In this document: in pieces, positions 45,426-53,328 of the stretch
Layout of the letters: every line of letters begins with the position of its first letter
Numbering within the stretch: the stretch's first letter is position 1
Origin: a virus
Taxonomy: Duplodnaviria; Caudoviricetes
Reading direction: 5' to 3' (one strand)
Length of the DNA stretch: 64,000 bases
IMG/VR virus record: IMGVR_UViG_2929656146_000003
Location: 1 to 64,000 of that record
The notes under the pieces: model-generated
Database searches by the model: none
What the model saw: only the letters and a program-made list of their open reading frames with translations
Told to the model about the DNA's origin: nothing
Made by a program: the position numbers and the translations under genes

Positions 45426-46229
45426 ATGAAAGAACACGACATCAGTACCACCAGTGAGGCACCGGACAAGCCGACTCTTGAGCAGGAAAAGGGCGCCTGG
45501 CCGCAACACGAACTCCTGGCGAGCTACCTGCGCGACGGCATCCTGTCCGGCGACTTCCCTGCCGGCAGCCTGCTGCCGTCGACGAGGCTCCTGCGAGAGA
45601 AGTTCGGGGTTGCACCCCAGACCATCAAGCACGCAAATGACCAACTGGCCAGCGAGGGCCTTGTCCGCAGCCACCGAGGCAAGGGCATCATCGTGCTTGA
45701 TCGCCGCCCACAGACCGTGGTGCCTGCGGCGACCAAAAGGCCGGCAAACCCGGGTGACCCGTATCGCTGGATCACCGAAGCATCGAAGAGTGGGCTGCAG
45801 GGAGCGAGTGTCCTTCTCGACGTAGACGAGGTCGTTCCGCCCAAAGACGTTGCGCGGGCGCTCGGACTTGGGGCGAGTGGCGTGGCCCTTCGGCGCGAGC
45901 AAGTCCTCACGCTCGACGGCGAGCCGGCCGAATACGTGAGGGCGTACTACCCTGTGGATATCGCGCGAGGCACTGAGATCGCCGTTCGCAAGCGGATCAG
46001 GGGCGGGACGCCGCGGGTCCTTCAGGACCTTGGGTATCCGCCGCTCAGGTGTGTGGACACTGTTTCGGCGCGTGTTCCGACGCCGGACGAGGTCAAGGCC
46101 CTGGGTACGCCCACCAAGGTTCCAGTCCTCAGGACACTGCGCGTGGTTCACAGCGTTGACGACAGAGTGGTGGAGGTCGCTGTGATGGCGAAGGCAGGCC
46201 ACCTCTACGAGCTGCAGTACGACTTCTAG
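45426..46229 (+). CDS. GntR/HutC-family repressor (KorSA/TraR-like)
   Basis: wHTH 'LRDGILSGDFPAGSLLPSTRLLREKFGVAPQTIKHA...GKG' plus UTRA domain. Confidence 0.9.
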   Translation: MKEHDISTTSEAPDKPTLEQEKGAWPQHELLASYLRDGILSGDFPAGSLLPSTRLLREKFGVAPQTIKHANDQLASEGLVRSHRGKGIIVLDRRPQTVVPAATKRPANPGDPYRWITEASKSGLQGASVLLDVDEVVPPKDVARALGLGASGVALRREQVLTLDGEPAEYVRAYYPVDIARGTEIAVRKRIRGGTPRVLQDLGYPPLRCVDTVSARVPTPDEVKALGTPTKVPVLRTLRVVHSVDDRVVEVAVMAKAGHLYELQYDF

Positions 46230-46252
46230 CCCCTGCGTCGGGAGCGATCAAG

Positions 46253-46286
46253 CTACGGCCCTGCCTTAGTCATGGCGGGGCCGTAG
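46253..46286. terminator. Bidirectional terminator between GntR and MazF
   Basis: CTACGGCCCTGCC-N8-GGCGGGGCCGTAG. Confidence 0.75.
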
Positions 46287-46292
46287 TAGTTG

Positions 46293-46679
46293 CTAGCCGA
46301 GTTCTCCGAGGAGCCCGAATGAGCGGGCCAGGACTGTGTTCAGCTCGGCCATCTGGGGAGGGCGCAGGCGACCAGCGAAGCGTTCGAGGCGGGACTGGTC
46401 GATGGTCATCACCTGAAATCCCAGGATGTCACCGGCATCGGGGAGGGGGTCACCAGCCTGAAGGGTCACCGTGATGGGGGAGGTTTCGCGAACCCTGGTT
46501 GTCATCGCCGCGACGGTCACCGTAGGCATACGGCTATTGAACGAGTCCAGCGAGATCACGACGGCGGGCCGATGGCCGGCCTGCTCTGAACCGCGTGCTG
46601 GGTCGAAGTCCACCCAGTAGATGTCTCCCCGCTGAGGGGACGGCGGCCGCCTGAGAGGCGGAGGGCTCGGTACGGGCAC
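46293..46679 (-). CDS. mazF: MazF/PemK family endoribonuclease toxin
   Basis: 'RGDIYWVDFDPARGSEQAGHRPAVVIS...VAAMTT...QVMTIDQSRL'. Confidence 0.92.
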   Translation of the reverse strand: MPVPSPPPLRRPPSPQRGDIYWVDFDPARGSEQAGHRPAVVISLDSFNSRMPTVTVAAMTTRVRETSPITVTLQAGDPLPDAGDILGFQVMTIDQSRLERFAGRLRPPQMAELNTVLARSFGLLGELG

Positions 46680-46688
46680 TCGGACAGC

Positions 46689-46943
46689 TTAGTACTCGGG
46701 CCACTCCGCCGAACCCGCATCCCATGCGGCCGCAGCCCACTCTGCCGACTCGTCGGCGAATACTGCGAACGCATCTCCCAAGCCATCATCGGGGGACGGC
46801 GTGGCGGTGGCGAGTTCCACCTGTGGAGAGCTTTGCAGGGAGAGGGACAGCCAGGGGAAGCACTCCGCGAGGCTTGCTGACGGTGCGCCGACAAGTGGGT
46901 AAACCACCTGGGCGGAGTTGCTCTGAGAAGGTGCGGTGCTCAT
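46689..46943 (-). CDS. Putative antitoxin (acidic Trp-rich C-terminus, no obvious DNA-binding domain)
   Basis: Directly upstream of MazF; 'FADESAEWAAAAWDAGSAEWPEY'. Confidence 0.65.
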   Translation of the reverse strand: MSTAPSQSNSAQVVYPLVGAPSASLAECFPWLSLSLQSSPQVELATATPSPDDGLGDAFAVFADESAEWAAAAWDAGSAEWPEY

Positions 46944-47290
46944 GGCTGTTCCCCCTGTGCCTCGTCGTAGATCTCGGCCGCCGACTCCAGGATCTTGATG
47001 AGCTCCTGGATACGGTCTCGTGTCAGGACGAATCTGCCAAGAGGTTTCACGGGCAGCTTATGCCCGGATTCGGCCAACCGCTCGACGATCTCTTCGTCCG
47101 AGCCGAACAGTAGGGGTGGCTCAAGGATCCCCATGGTCAGGTAGATGGAGTCTGGCCGGCCTGACGCGTTTGGAACGCCGAGCGCAACGGCGAACTGGTT
47201 GGTCGGTTGAGCAGGGCCGGCGGGGTCTTCCCACACCAGTCGGAACTTCGCGGTGTGTGCCGTGGTGCTCGTGATGGGGGGCTTGGTCAC
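46940..47290 (-). CDS. DUF3467-like protein coupled to the antitoxin (possible chaperone)
   Basis: 'PTNQFAV...IYLTMG..EPP...RFVLTRDRIQELIKIL...IYDEAQG'; ATGA overlap. Confidence 0.6.
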   Translation of the reverse strand: MTKPPITSTTAHTAKFRLVWEDPAGPAQPTNQFAVALGVPNASGRPDSIYLTMGILEPPLLFGSDEEIVERLAESGHKLPVKPLGRFVLTRDRIQELIKILESAAEIYDEAQGEQP

Positions 47291-47420
47291 ACGGACAGTC
47301 TGCCACCGTCAACTGATCAGCATGCAGGCGCCAGCCAGGTTCCGCTGCGACTGGCCACCCTAAGGGGGGAACTGCCACGTATTGGCTGCGCCTGCGATTG
47401 CAGTTCAGGGCGCGCGCAGT

Positions 47421-47460
47421 CCCGAGAACATTGAAACTTCTCAATAGAACCTATAAGGTT
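47421..47460 (+). promoter_or_regulatory. Rightward promoter/operator (TTGAAA-N17-TAAGGT), copy 2 of the 40-bp element
   Basis: Inverted near-copy of 44752..44791; followed by a hairpin at 47483..47507. Confidence 0.8.
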
Positions 47461-47617
47461 TGATGTGCTGCACAACGTAAGACGGCCCCGCAGTAGGTGC
47501 GGGGCCGCGACTTCACCGCGCGTGCAAGTGGCCTGGTAACCGGAACACGCGCAGATCGGAGATCTCCATCATGGCATTCGCCGTCAAGAGCGTCGACGTC
47601 ACCCCGGCGGTGACCCG

Positions 47618-47812
47618 ATGATCGCCGTCACCGTCGCCCGCCCCACCGAGAACACCGCCGTCGGCCTCATGCCGGTCCGTGAGCTCGGCAACCTCGGCGC
47701 CTACCACCTCGCCCGGTTCGCCCTCAAGACCGGGGACATGTACGGCGCCCGCCTGTTCACCAAGAGCTACCTGCGCGCCCTGGCCGGCGGCAAGGTGGGG
47801 GAGTCGCTGTGA
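47618..47812 (+). CDS. Hypothetical protein
   Basis: Coupled small ORF. Confidence 0.6.
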   Translation: MIAVTVARPTENTAVGLMPVRELGNLGAYHLARFALKTGDMYGARLFTKSYLRALAGGKVGESL

Positions 47813-48018
47813 TCACCATGACCGCCCCGCGGATCACCGCCGGCCTCGTCCCCGTCGAGTTCGGCAACCCCGGGCCCGCGATGCACCCCGTGCAGATCGA
47901 CGCCGTCACCCTGATCGTCGGCTACGACCCGCGGGTCCTCGACGCCGACCTCGTTACCACGATCCTGCAGTCCGTGCACGGCGCCGACCTCGTCATCGTC
48001 GAGGAGGTGCCTGAGTGA
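47809..48018 (+). CDS. Hypothetical protein
   Basis: GTGA coupling, GGGGAG RBS. Confidence 0.6.
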   Translation: MITMTAPRITAGLVPVEFGNPGPAMHPVQIDAVTLIVGYDPRVLDADLVTTILQSVHGADLVIVEEVPE

Positions 48019-48212
48019 AGCTCCTCCAGTCCCTCCACAAGGACCAGCCTGGCGCGGCCGCCCAGATCGCCGCGACCGCGGACGACGCCCGCACGCTCGG
48101 CTTCGAGAACGTCGCGACGCACTACGAGCCCCAGACAGGCCACCACACCGTCACGGGTGACCTGCCCGCGGCGACGGCGCAGCGCACCGTCGACCGGATC
48201 CTCGGCCGCTGA
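48015..48212 (+). CDS. Hypothetical protein
   Basis: GTGA coupling, GAGGAGG RBS. Confidence 0.6.
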   Translation: MKLLQSLHKDQPGAAAQIAATADDARTLGFENVATHYEPQTGHHTVTGDLPAATAQRTVDRILGR

Positions 48213-48325
48213 GGCCTGCTTGGGCCGCCCCGTGATGGGGCGGCCCCTCGTTCACCCTCACCTTCGTGTCCAGCTGGAGAAGCCGTGTTCCTGCGTACCC
48301 CTGCCGCCGTACTGGCGGTGCGCTG

Positions 48326-49303
48326 ATGGGGATCAAGCTGGTCGAAGAGGTCATGGACTGGTGTCCGGATGATGTGACGCCAGCGCAGCGCTGGTGTTTG
48401 ACGGTGTTGGCGCGGGATGCGAACGACGCGACCCGGGAGACCTTTCACGGCCCGGAGCATCCCGAGATCCTGCGCCGGGTGCGGTTGTCGGCGAAGCGGT
48501 GGGAGGCGGTGCGGTCGTCGTTGTTGAAGCGGGGGTTGATCGAGCCGGTGTCAGGTGGGTATCGGGGGCGTGCGGGGCGGTATCGGATCGCGTGCTTGTT
48601 CGCTCCGTGTGTGATTGGGGACGGTCGAAAGACCCCTGGTTTTCGGGGGGCTTTCGGTGGCTACCAGCCGGTAAGGGGGCAGAAAGACCCTCAGGTTCCG
48701 GGGGTCAATCACTCTGAAAGCCCCCCGGAACCTGAGGGTCTTTCGTCGGAAAGCCCCCTGGAACCCGAGGGGCAATCGGCCGAAAGACCCCCGGAAACCA
48801 GGGGTCCTACTCCTCCTTCTTTCTCCTCCCAACCACCCTCCTCCCGACCCGCGCCTCCCGAGCCGCCCACCGGACCCGAGCCGGACGACGGACGGGAGGG
48901 CGGGGGGACCGCCTCACGGCGGCAGGACAACCCCGCCTACGCCGCCCTCGCCCGCATCGCAGCCCGCCACCACCAACTCGCCCTCGGCGAAAACGAGATC
49001 GCCACCCTCGCCCCACTCGTCGCCCCCTGGCTCCAGCGGACCACCGAGGCCCGCATGGAGCACGCGATCACCACGGGCATGCCCGCTACCGTCACCAACC
49101 CTGTCGGGTTCCTGCGCCGCCGGCTCGTCGAGAAGCTCCCTCCGCCGCTCGCCGCCGTCCCCGACGAAGAACGCTGCGGTCGCCCGAACTGCGACCCGAT
49201 CACCCACATGGTCACCCTCCCCGGAGGCGACCAAGCGCACTGCGCCACCTGCCACCCCACCGGGCGCGCCCTCGCCCGCCGAGCCCAAGGAACCGCCGCA
49301 TGA
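48326..49303 (+). CDS. Phage replication initiator (lambda O-like organisation)
   Basis: N-terminal wHTH-like region, internal iterons, 'NPVGFLRRRL', coupled to DnaB. Confidence 0.8.
   Translation: MGIKLVEEVMDWCPDDVTPAQRWCLTVLARDANDATRETFHGPEHPEILRRVRLSAKRWEAVRSSLLKRGLIEPVSGGYRGRAGRYRIACLFAPCVIGDGRKTPGFRGAFGGYQPVRGQKDPQVPGVNHSESPPEPEGLSSESPLEPEGQSAERPPETRGPTPPSFSSQPPSSRPAPPEPPTGPEPDDGREGGGTASRRQDNPAYAALARIAARHHQLALGENEIATLAPLVAPWLQRTTEARMEHAITTGMPATVTNPVGFLRRRLVEKLPPPLAAVPDEERCGRPNCDPITHMVTLPGGDQAHCATCHPTGRALARRAQGTAA
48627..48810. repeat. Five quasi-palindromic 29-bp iterons, probable replication origin
   Basis: GAAAG(A/C)CCC...GGG units start at 48627, 48682, 48716, 48749, 48782. Confidence 0.85.
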
Positions 49304-50679
49304 CCGACCACGACGACGACCAGGCCCTCGGCCCCGTCCCGCCGCAGGACCTCCACGCCGAACGCGCCGTCCTCGGCGCCATGCACCTCGCCTCCACCGC
49401 GGTTGCCGATGCCGTCGGCACCGGCCTGCGCGGCAGCGAGTTCTACCGCCCCGCCCACGAAAAGATCTACGACGCGATCGTCGCCCTGTACGCCGCCGGC
49501 GACCCTGCCGACCCGATCACCGTGTCCCGGCAGCTGGCCGTCACCGGCGACCTGGACAGGTGCGGTGGGCCCGGCTACCTGCACACGCTCGTCAAGGCTG
49601 CTCCGGCGGCGGCGAACGCCGAGTACTACGCGGCGATCGTCCGCGAGAAGGCCCGACTGCGTACTCTCGCGGTGGCGTTGAACCGCGGCTCGCTGATGAT
49701 CGCCCAGGCCGAGGGCGATCCGGCCGAGGTTGTCGAGGCGATCCAGGCGGAGATCATTGCCGCAGCCGGGAACCCGGACGGGCCGGGCGCGTCCTCGGTC
49801 GGCCTGGCCGTCGTGCGCGACACCCTGGGAGCTGCTCTCGATGCGATCGAGGCCGTCAACGAGGGCTCTACGCCGATCGGCGTCCCGTGGGGCTTCAGGG
49901 ACCTGGACGCGCTGACCGGTGGCATGCACCCCGGCCAGATGATCGTCATTGCAGGGCGGCCGGGCATGGGCAAGTCCACCGGAGGTATGGACATCGCCCG
50001 GTCCGCCGCGATCGGGCACGGCCTCGGCACGGCGTTCTTCTCGCTGGAGATGTCCCGTGTCGAGATCATGAAGCGGTTGATCTGCGCCGAGGGATGCGTC
50101 CCCCTGCACCACATGCAGGTCAAGGCTGGCATGACGGATGACGACTGGACGCGGGTTGCGAAGGTCATGCCGCGGATCTCGGACGCTCCGCTGTACCTCG
50201 ACGACTCGCCGGACCTGACGATGACGTCGATCCGGACGAAGGCCCGCCAGATCGCCGCTGAGACCGAGTTGAGGCTCATCGTGATCGACTACATGCAGCT
50301 GCTGCGGTCCGGGGGCGGGCACCGCTACGAGTCCCGGCAGCAGGAGGTCTCGGACCTGTCGAGGTCGATCAAGTTGCTGGCGAAGGAGTTGGAGATCCCG
50401 GTGATCGCCCTGTCGCAGCTGAACCGCGGCCCGGAGCAGCGCACCGACAAAAAGCCGATGGCGGCTGACCTGCGGGAGTCCGGGGCGATCGAGCAGGACG
50501 CCGACTTGATCATCCTGTTGCACCGTGAGGACGCCTACGACAAGGAGTCGGCGCGGGCGGGGGAGGCGGACTGGATCGTGGCGAAGAACCGGTCGGGGCC
50601 GACGTCGACGATCACGGTCGCCTTTCAGGGGCACTATGCCCGTTTCGTCGACATGGCTGCGGATCTTCGGGCAGCCTGA
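49300..50679 (+). CDS. dnaB: Replicative DNA helicase DnaB
   Basis: 'PPQDLHAERAVLG', 'AGRPGMGKST', 'FSLEM', 'IDYMQL', 'LSQLNR', 'DLRESGAIEQDAD', 'KNRSGPT'. Confidence 0.97.
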   Translation: MTDHDDDQALGPVPPQDLHAERAVLGAMHLASTAVADAVGTGLRGSEFYRPAHEKIYDAIVALYAAGDPADPITVSRQLAVTGDLDRCGGPGYLHTLVKAAPAAANAEYYAAIVREKARLRTLAVALNRGSLMIAQAEGDPAEVVEAIQAEIIAAAGNPDGPGASSVGLAVVRDTLGAALDAIEAVNEGSTPIGVPWGFRDLDALTGGMHPGQMIVIAGRPGMGKSTGGMDIARSAAIGHGLGTAFFSLEMSRVEIMKRLICAEGCVPLHHMQVKAGMTDDDWTRVAKVMPRISDAPLYLDDSPDLTMTSIRTKARQIAAETELRLIVIDYMQLLRSGGGHRYESRQQEVSDLSRSIKLLAKELEIPVIALSQLNRGPEQRTDKKPMAADLRESGAIEQDADLIILLHREDAYDKESARAGEADWIVAKNRSGPTSTITVAFQGHYARFVDMAADLRAA

Positions 50680-50913
50680 CCACCATCACCGAAAGGAGCG
50701 CCATGAAGCGCGAGTTGAACATCATCTGCCAGACCTGACGAGGATCCGCCAGCGTGCTGACCGGCGGCCTGTGACGAGAGCGCCCCACCGTGCTTGGGAC
50801 ACGGTGGGGCGCTGCGGTGTTCGGCGGGCAACGTGAACACCTCGGGGTGACCACCCCTCGTGCCGTGGAACGCTACGCCTGCGGAACGGGGGAGTCCACA
50901 TGTTGCGCAGCAG

Positions 50914-51261
50914 TCACTGCCGTGGCGGCCGGCCCCACGTCGTGTGCGTCGGCATCTGGCCCGGGCCCGGGGGATGCCCCATCCCGCCGTTGCTGTCGTG
51001 CTGTGGCGGCCCGAAATAGCCCGGCTGCCCCGGAGGTCCACCAGGGTCCTGAAAGCCCGTGTACGGGCCCTGTGGGGCCGCGACCGTCACCGTAGTCTTC
51101 GTCTTCCGGCCCATCGCCGCCGCGATCGGCCAACCAGTGATCGCCCACAGGCCACACGTGATGATCGACAGAAACACGTGCAAGCCGTGGTTCGCACCCC
51201 GCTTCGTCACCCGCGTCTGCCGCTGCGGACCAGGCGGGGGAGGGTAGTTCTGGTAGGACAA
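50914..51261 (-). CDS. Small membrane protein with Pro/Gly-rich tail; paralog of 350..649
   Basis: 'NHGLHVFLSIITCGLW'; ends WGRPPRQ. Confidence 0.72.
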   Translation of the reverse strand: MSYQNYPPPPGPQRQTRVTKRGANHGLHVFLSIITCGLWAITGWPIAAAMGRKTKTTVTVAAPQGPYTGFQDPGGPPGQPGYFGPPQHDSNGGMGHPPGPGQMPTHTTWGRPPRQ

Positions 51262-51349
51262 GGCGCTGCTCCTCGACTCCGGAGAACTGACTCGCCGAGC
51301 CTCCCAGGACCCACCCCCGGCCCGTCGGCGACGTGATGAACCTGTGACG

Positions 51350-51877
51350 TCACCGCACCCCAGCCGACTCCCGCGCCACCAACTCGCCCGCCTGCAACCG
51401 GCAATCCCGCCACACCACGAACCACCGCCGCCACGCCAGATACTGCGCCTCGCGGTCGAACCACGTCTCCAACGGCAACCGCTCCGGACACCCGTCCGGC
51501 AACGGCGCCACCCACTCGATGTTCGCCGCCGGCAACTCCGCGCGGATCACCTCCCGCTCCACGGCGATCGCATCGTTCCCGCCGCACTGCAGCCACTCGA
51601 CAGTCGTCCGCGACCGGTCCACGTCCCGCCACCACGGCGTCGCCTTGCGGTGCTCCCGGAACCGGCGCTCCGGCGCCGTCGACAAGCCGACATACAGCAG
51701 CAGCCCGTTCCCGTCGTACAGCCGGTACAGGCCCGTCGGGCCATTCCAGAACGCGGCGTTGCGGGCCGCCACCTTCACGTCCCAACAGGGCCGACACCGG
51801 TCACCGGGCCACCGGCCGGGAGAGTGCTGGCCGCAGTCACGGCAAGGGCCGGCGCCCTGCGATCCGAGGAGCTCCAT
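51350..51877 (-). CDS. GIY-YIG nuclease family protein
   Basis: 'GLYRLYDGNGLLLYVGLS...RRFREH...E..I..E.P..N'. Confidence 0.82.
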   Translation of the reverse strand: MELLGSQGAGPCRDCGQHSPGRWPGDRCRPCWDVKVAARNAAFWNGPTGLYRLYDGNGLLLYVGLSTAPERRFREHRKATPWWRDVDRSRTTVEWLQCGGNDAIAVEREVIRAELPAANIEWVAPLPDGCPERLPLETWFDREAQYLAWRRWFVVWRDCRLQAGELVARESAGVR

Positions 51878-51882
51878 TCAGG

Positions 51883-52155
51883 TCAGATGGCCCGCACTCG
51901 GGGCTGGCTCTCCGTGACCCGGTACCTGGCCGACTCGACCACGGACGCGGGGAACACGAACACCGTGTACTCGCCGCTCGGGTCCGGGGGGACGGTGCTG
52001 GAGGACCGCGTGTCGACGTGCACGAAGCCGTTGTCGAACGCCACCCGGACGTTCGCCAGCTGGTCGAGGAGGAGGGACTGGTGGCCCGGGGACGGGATGA
52101 GCTTGTCCTTGAGGCGGAGCTCGACTCCGCGGATCCACTGCAGAGAATTGTTCAT
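51883..52155 (-). CDS. Hypothetical protein
   Basis: 90-aa ORF with typical codon usage. Confidence 0.6.
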   Translation of the reverse strand: MNNSLQWIRGVELRLKDKLIPSPGHQSLLLDQLANVRVAFDNGFVHVDTRSSSTVPPDPSGEYTVFVFPASVVESARYRVTESQPRVRAI

Positions 52156-52364
52156 GGCGGGAGGCTAGCGGCGGGGTCGGACAATCAGCCCCCGCCGGTC
52201 GGCGCGAACGGCGTGTCGCTGTGGGGGACTTCCGCTCTGCCGGATGTGCTGGCTACAATCGCCGCCACGTCGGCCGGGTGCCCCAAGCCCGGACCACGAC
52301 CAGTCGAAGGCTCCACCCGCGCCAGGGTGGGGCCTTCTTGCGTTCCCGGACCAAGGAGACCCTC

Positions 52365-52658
52365 GTGCCCCACTGCAACCGGCTCGCCGGCCACTGCACC
52401 GAGACCGGCGACCACTGGCTCCACTACGGACCCACTCACGCGATCCCCGCCCCGCCGGCGGCAGGCCACCCGAACCTGGTCGACCTACGGCTGGAGGAGT
52501 ACGAGGAAGGCGGGCCGCTCCTCGTCCTCGCCTGGGGCGGTGATACCGCCAGTCTCAGCCCGGGCGGGGCGCTGCTCCTCGCCGCCCACTTCGTGCGGTT
52601 CGCGGCCCGCATGGTCGTCGCGGCCGTCCAGCTGGCGAAGGCCCGCCGCACCGCCTGA
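52365..52658 (+). CDS. Hypothetical protein with N-terminal C/H motif
   Basis: AAGGAG RBS + GTG; 'HCNRLAGHCTETGDHWLH'. Confidence 0.6.
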   Translation: MPHCNRLAGHCTETGDHWLHYGPTHAIPAPPAAGHPNLVDLRLEEYEEGGPLLVLAWGGDTASLSPGGALLLAAHFVRFAARMVVAAVQLAKARRTA

Positions 52659-52671
52659 ACCCCGCCACTGC

Positions 52672-52745
52672 AAGCCCCCGCCCACTCGGGCCGGGGGCTT
52701 TCTTCATGCCCGCACACACAAGGCCCCGCCGAGTCGGCGGGGCCT
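52672..52745. terminator. Two tandem hairpins between convergent genes
   Basis: AAGCCCC...GGGGCTT and AGGCCCCGCCG-AGT-CGGCGGGGCCT. Confidence 0.7.
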
Positions 52746-52785
52746 CTCATACTTGGGCAGGGTGGAGTCGACGCGCTGTGCCTGA

Positions 52786-53085
52786 TCATGGCCAGCTGAT
52801 GGTGGTGGGTCGATGCCAAATGTGCTGATCAGTCTCCGAGAACCTCTCCCATCGATCGTCGGGTCCTGAGTCCAGGAGCCGCTCGATGGTTGACTCGGCC
52901 CACTGCGCGAAGGCTGCGCGCTGTGCACCCTTCACTCCGCGCTTGACTGCCACCTTCAACAGATAGCCGGCCTGGGCCCGCCGGGCGAGGACGAGGCCGT
53001 CGTGGCGCGGGTCTGCGTCTGGGGGCAGGTCAGTCTCCAAGATCCTGATCCCACGGCGAAGCAGGAGCTCTTCTCCAGTGTTCAC
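52786..53085 (-). CDS. Hypothetical protein coupled to the Phd-like gene (possible toxin)
   Basis: GTGA overlap; lower GC3. Confidence 0.6.
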   Translation of the reverse strand: MNTGEELLLRRGIRILETDLPPDADPRHDGLVLARRAQAGYLLKVAVKRGVKGAQRAAFAQWAESTIERLLDSGPDDRWERFSETDQHIWHRPTTISWP

Positions 53086-53279
53086 GAGGCGTCGGCACCG
53101 TCCGTCGGGCGTCGCGTCGCTTCGGCTTGCTCGGCGATGGCGAGCGGCACCATAGCGGCGATCCGTCGACCGCGGCTGGTCAGGTAGGTGATGCGGCCGT
53201 GAGCGGCCGCCGCGTTGATGACGTCGGCGAGGTTGGCACGGACGTCGGCAGTGCTCATCTCAACGGCTTCGTTATTCAT
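53082..53279 (-). CDS. Phd/YefM family antitoxin-like DNA-binding protein
   Basis: 'MSTADVRANLADVINAA...ITYLTSRGRRIAAMVP'. Confidence 0.85.
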   Translation of the reverse strand: MNNEAVEMSTADVRANLADVINAAAAHGRITYLTSRGRRIAAMVPLAIAEQAEATRRPTDGADAS

Positions 53280-53304
53280 GAACGGGAGTGTACTCCGGCG
53301 TTCG

Positions 53305-53328
53305 TTCATGTACACTGGTGTACATGAA
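53305..53328. promoter_or_regulatory. Palindromic operator with TGTACA cores
   Basis: TTCATGTACAC-TG-GTGTACATGAA; TGTACA is the Phd/YefM-type operator core. Confidence 0.75.

Noticed and set aside
44752-47460. Invertible segment or transposon bounded by 40-bp inverted repeats
   Set aside because: No invertase or transposase present, and the repeats match promoter architecture, so shared regulation is the simpler explanation
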